Source: Bryobacterales bacterium
GTDB lineage: Bacteria; Acidobacteriota; Terriglobia; Bryobacterales; UBA6623
DNA: 35,916 nt
Assembly (NCBI GenBank): GCA_022825595.1
Contig: JAJDWM010000499.1
Coordinates: forward strand, 1 to 35,916
Direction: 5' to 3'
The notes under the pieces are model-generated. The model worked only from the letters and a program-made list of their open reading frames with translations, was not told where the DNA came from and did not search any database. The translations under genes were made by a program, and so were the position numbers. How positions within the stretch are numbered: the first letter of the stretch is position 1; each line of letters begins with the position of its first letter. Below, one piece after another: positions 34,972 to 35,916 of the stretch.

Positions 34972-35916
34972 TCAATGGCGGAGCGCAACCTTGATCCGGA
35001 ACCGCGAGTCTGGTGCTGCCAGCACGGAATAGTCCATGCCCAGTTGGTACTCGGGCGGGTGCATGACGATTTCAGCGCGGTGCAGGATGGCGGCGATGGT
35101 CAGCACAAGCTGGCTCTCGGCGAATCCGCTTCCGAGGCAACGATGCGTACCCAGGCCAAAGGGCGCGTACACACCGGGCTTGCGGTGCTCCGCGCGCTCC
35201 GGTGAGTATCGGTCGATGTCGAACCTCTCGGGTTCCGAGAAATGCTCGGCGCAGACGTGCGGTACGGCCATTGCGAACAGTACCCGCGCGCCGGTCGGAA
35301 CCTCGTAACCCGCAAACTCGAAGCCGTTGACGACGGTCCGAGCCGCTACGGGTGCAATGTGGTACATGCGCAGGGTTTCCATGACAGCACGGTGCGTGGC
35401 GTCCATCGCCCGAAGCTTTCGCGCCGTTGGGCCTCCGTCGGCGAAGAGCCCGGAAGCTTCGGCGCGCACGAGCGTCATGACGTCGGGGTTCTTGAGCAAC
35501 GCGTATAGCACGCACGCCCCGACACTGGCCGACGTGTGCAGACCTGCGAGGAAGGGTCCCAGGCATGCCGCTTTCAGTTCGTCCTCGGGAAGGAACTGGG
35601 GGTCGGCTCGGTGAATGGCCAGCGCATCGTCAACGAGGTCCGGCTCCTTGCCTTCCCGCCGTTCCGGAGTGTGCACGTCCATCACCCGTTCATACAGTTC
35701 CTGGACCCTTGCCGTGGCGCGGCGCATGCGCGGGGTCCGCATCATGAATCCGGGGAGACGATTCAGGATGCGGGCAGCCACGATCCGGTCGAGATAGAAC
35801 GCTAGATCATCCATGTACCCGACTGGTGAGACGCCGGTCAACAGCGCCCCGAGCTGGTCGGAGATGACGCGTCGCACAAAGGGCAGAGCCGGAACTGGCT
35901 CGTCCTCGGGTACATC
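34972..35916 (-). CDS. cytochrome P450 (partial, N-terminus beyond window edge)
   Basis: The reading frame stays open to position 35916. AGLHTSA is the I-helix (A/G)GxxT region, ETLR is the K-helix ExxR, and FGLGTHRCLGSGFA is the heme-thiolate FxxGxxxCxG motif. Confidence 0.9.
   Translation of the reverse strand, partial: DVPEDEPVPALPFVRRVISDQLGALLTGVSPVGYMDDLAFYLDRIVAARILNRLPGFMMRTPRMRRATARVQELYERVMDVHTPERREGKEPDLVDDALAIHRADPQFLPEDELKAACLGPFLAGLHTSASVGACVLYALLKNPDVMTLVRAEASGLFADGGPTARKLRAMDATHRAVMETLRMYHIAPVAARTVVNGFEFAGYEVPTGARVLFAMAVPHVCAEHFSEPERFDIDRYSPERAEHRKPGVYAPFGLGTHRCLGSGFAESQLVLTIAAILHRAEIVMHPPEYQLGMDYSVLAAPDSRFRIKVALRH

Overview
High-GC bacterial chromosomal window. The gene content is typical of Planctomycetota, Acidobacteriota or Verrucomicrobiota genomes: PSCyt/PSD 'DUF15xx' families, several sulfatases, and many Sec- or Tat-exported Gfo/Idh/MocA and TIM-barrel enzymes. 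I support about 27 intact CDS, one tRNA-Asp(GTC), one VapBC toxin-antitoxin module, and a roughly 2.9 kb tract of decayed genes.

Main blocks:
(a) 294-5657: exported sugar-oxidation enzymes, a sulfatase and an AtoE-like permease.
(b) 6086-6825: a vapBC cassette sitting between long non-coding spacers.
(c) 7148-19640: a long co-directional run. It starts with a Thr-variant sulfatase-like lipoprotein and a dienelactone hydrolase. It continues as a tightly coupled five-gene operon that nests the two classic uncharacterised planctomycete-type gene pairs (DUF1549/1553 with DUF1501, and DUF1592-type with DUF1552) around an exported ankyrin-repeat protein.
(d) 19830-22269: a TPR membrane protein, a dGTPase-like HD protein and a HIT protein with a signal anchor.
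(e) 22886-27059: a sulfatase, a Gfo/Idh/MocA oxidoreductase, an HpcH aldolase and tRNA-Asp.
(f) 27417-29845: a POT peptide transporter translationally coupled to an unknown lipoprotein.
(g) 29846-32770: a gene graveyard holding a DUF6788 ORF, an LRR remnant, a truncated cysC and a frameshifted MFS gene.
(h) 32767-35916: an intact P450-sulfotransferase-sulfotransferase operon that runs off the window edge.

I saw no CRISPR array, rRNA or intact transposase. Many long antisense ORFs in the track are high-GC artefacts. All family assignments come from motif recognition by eye, not from database searches.
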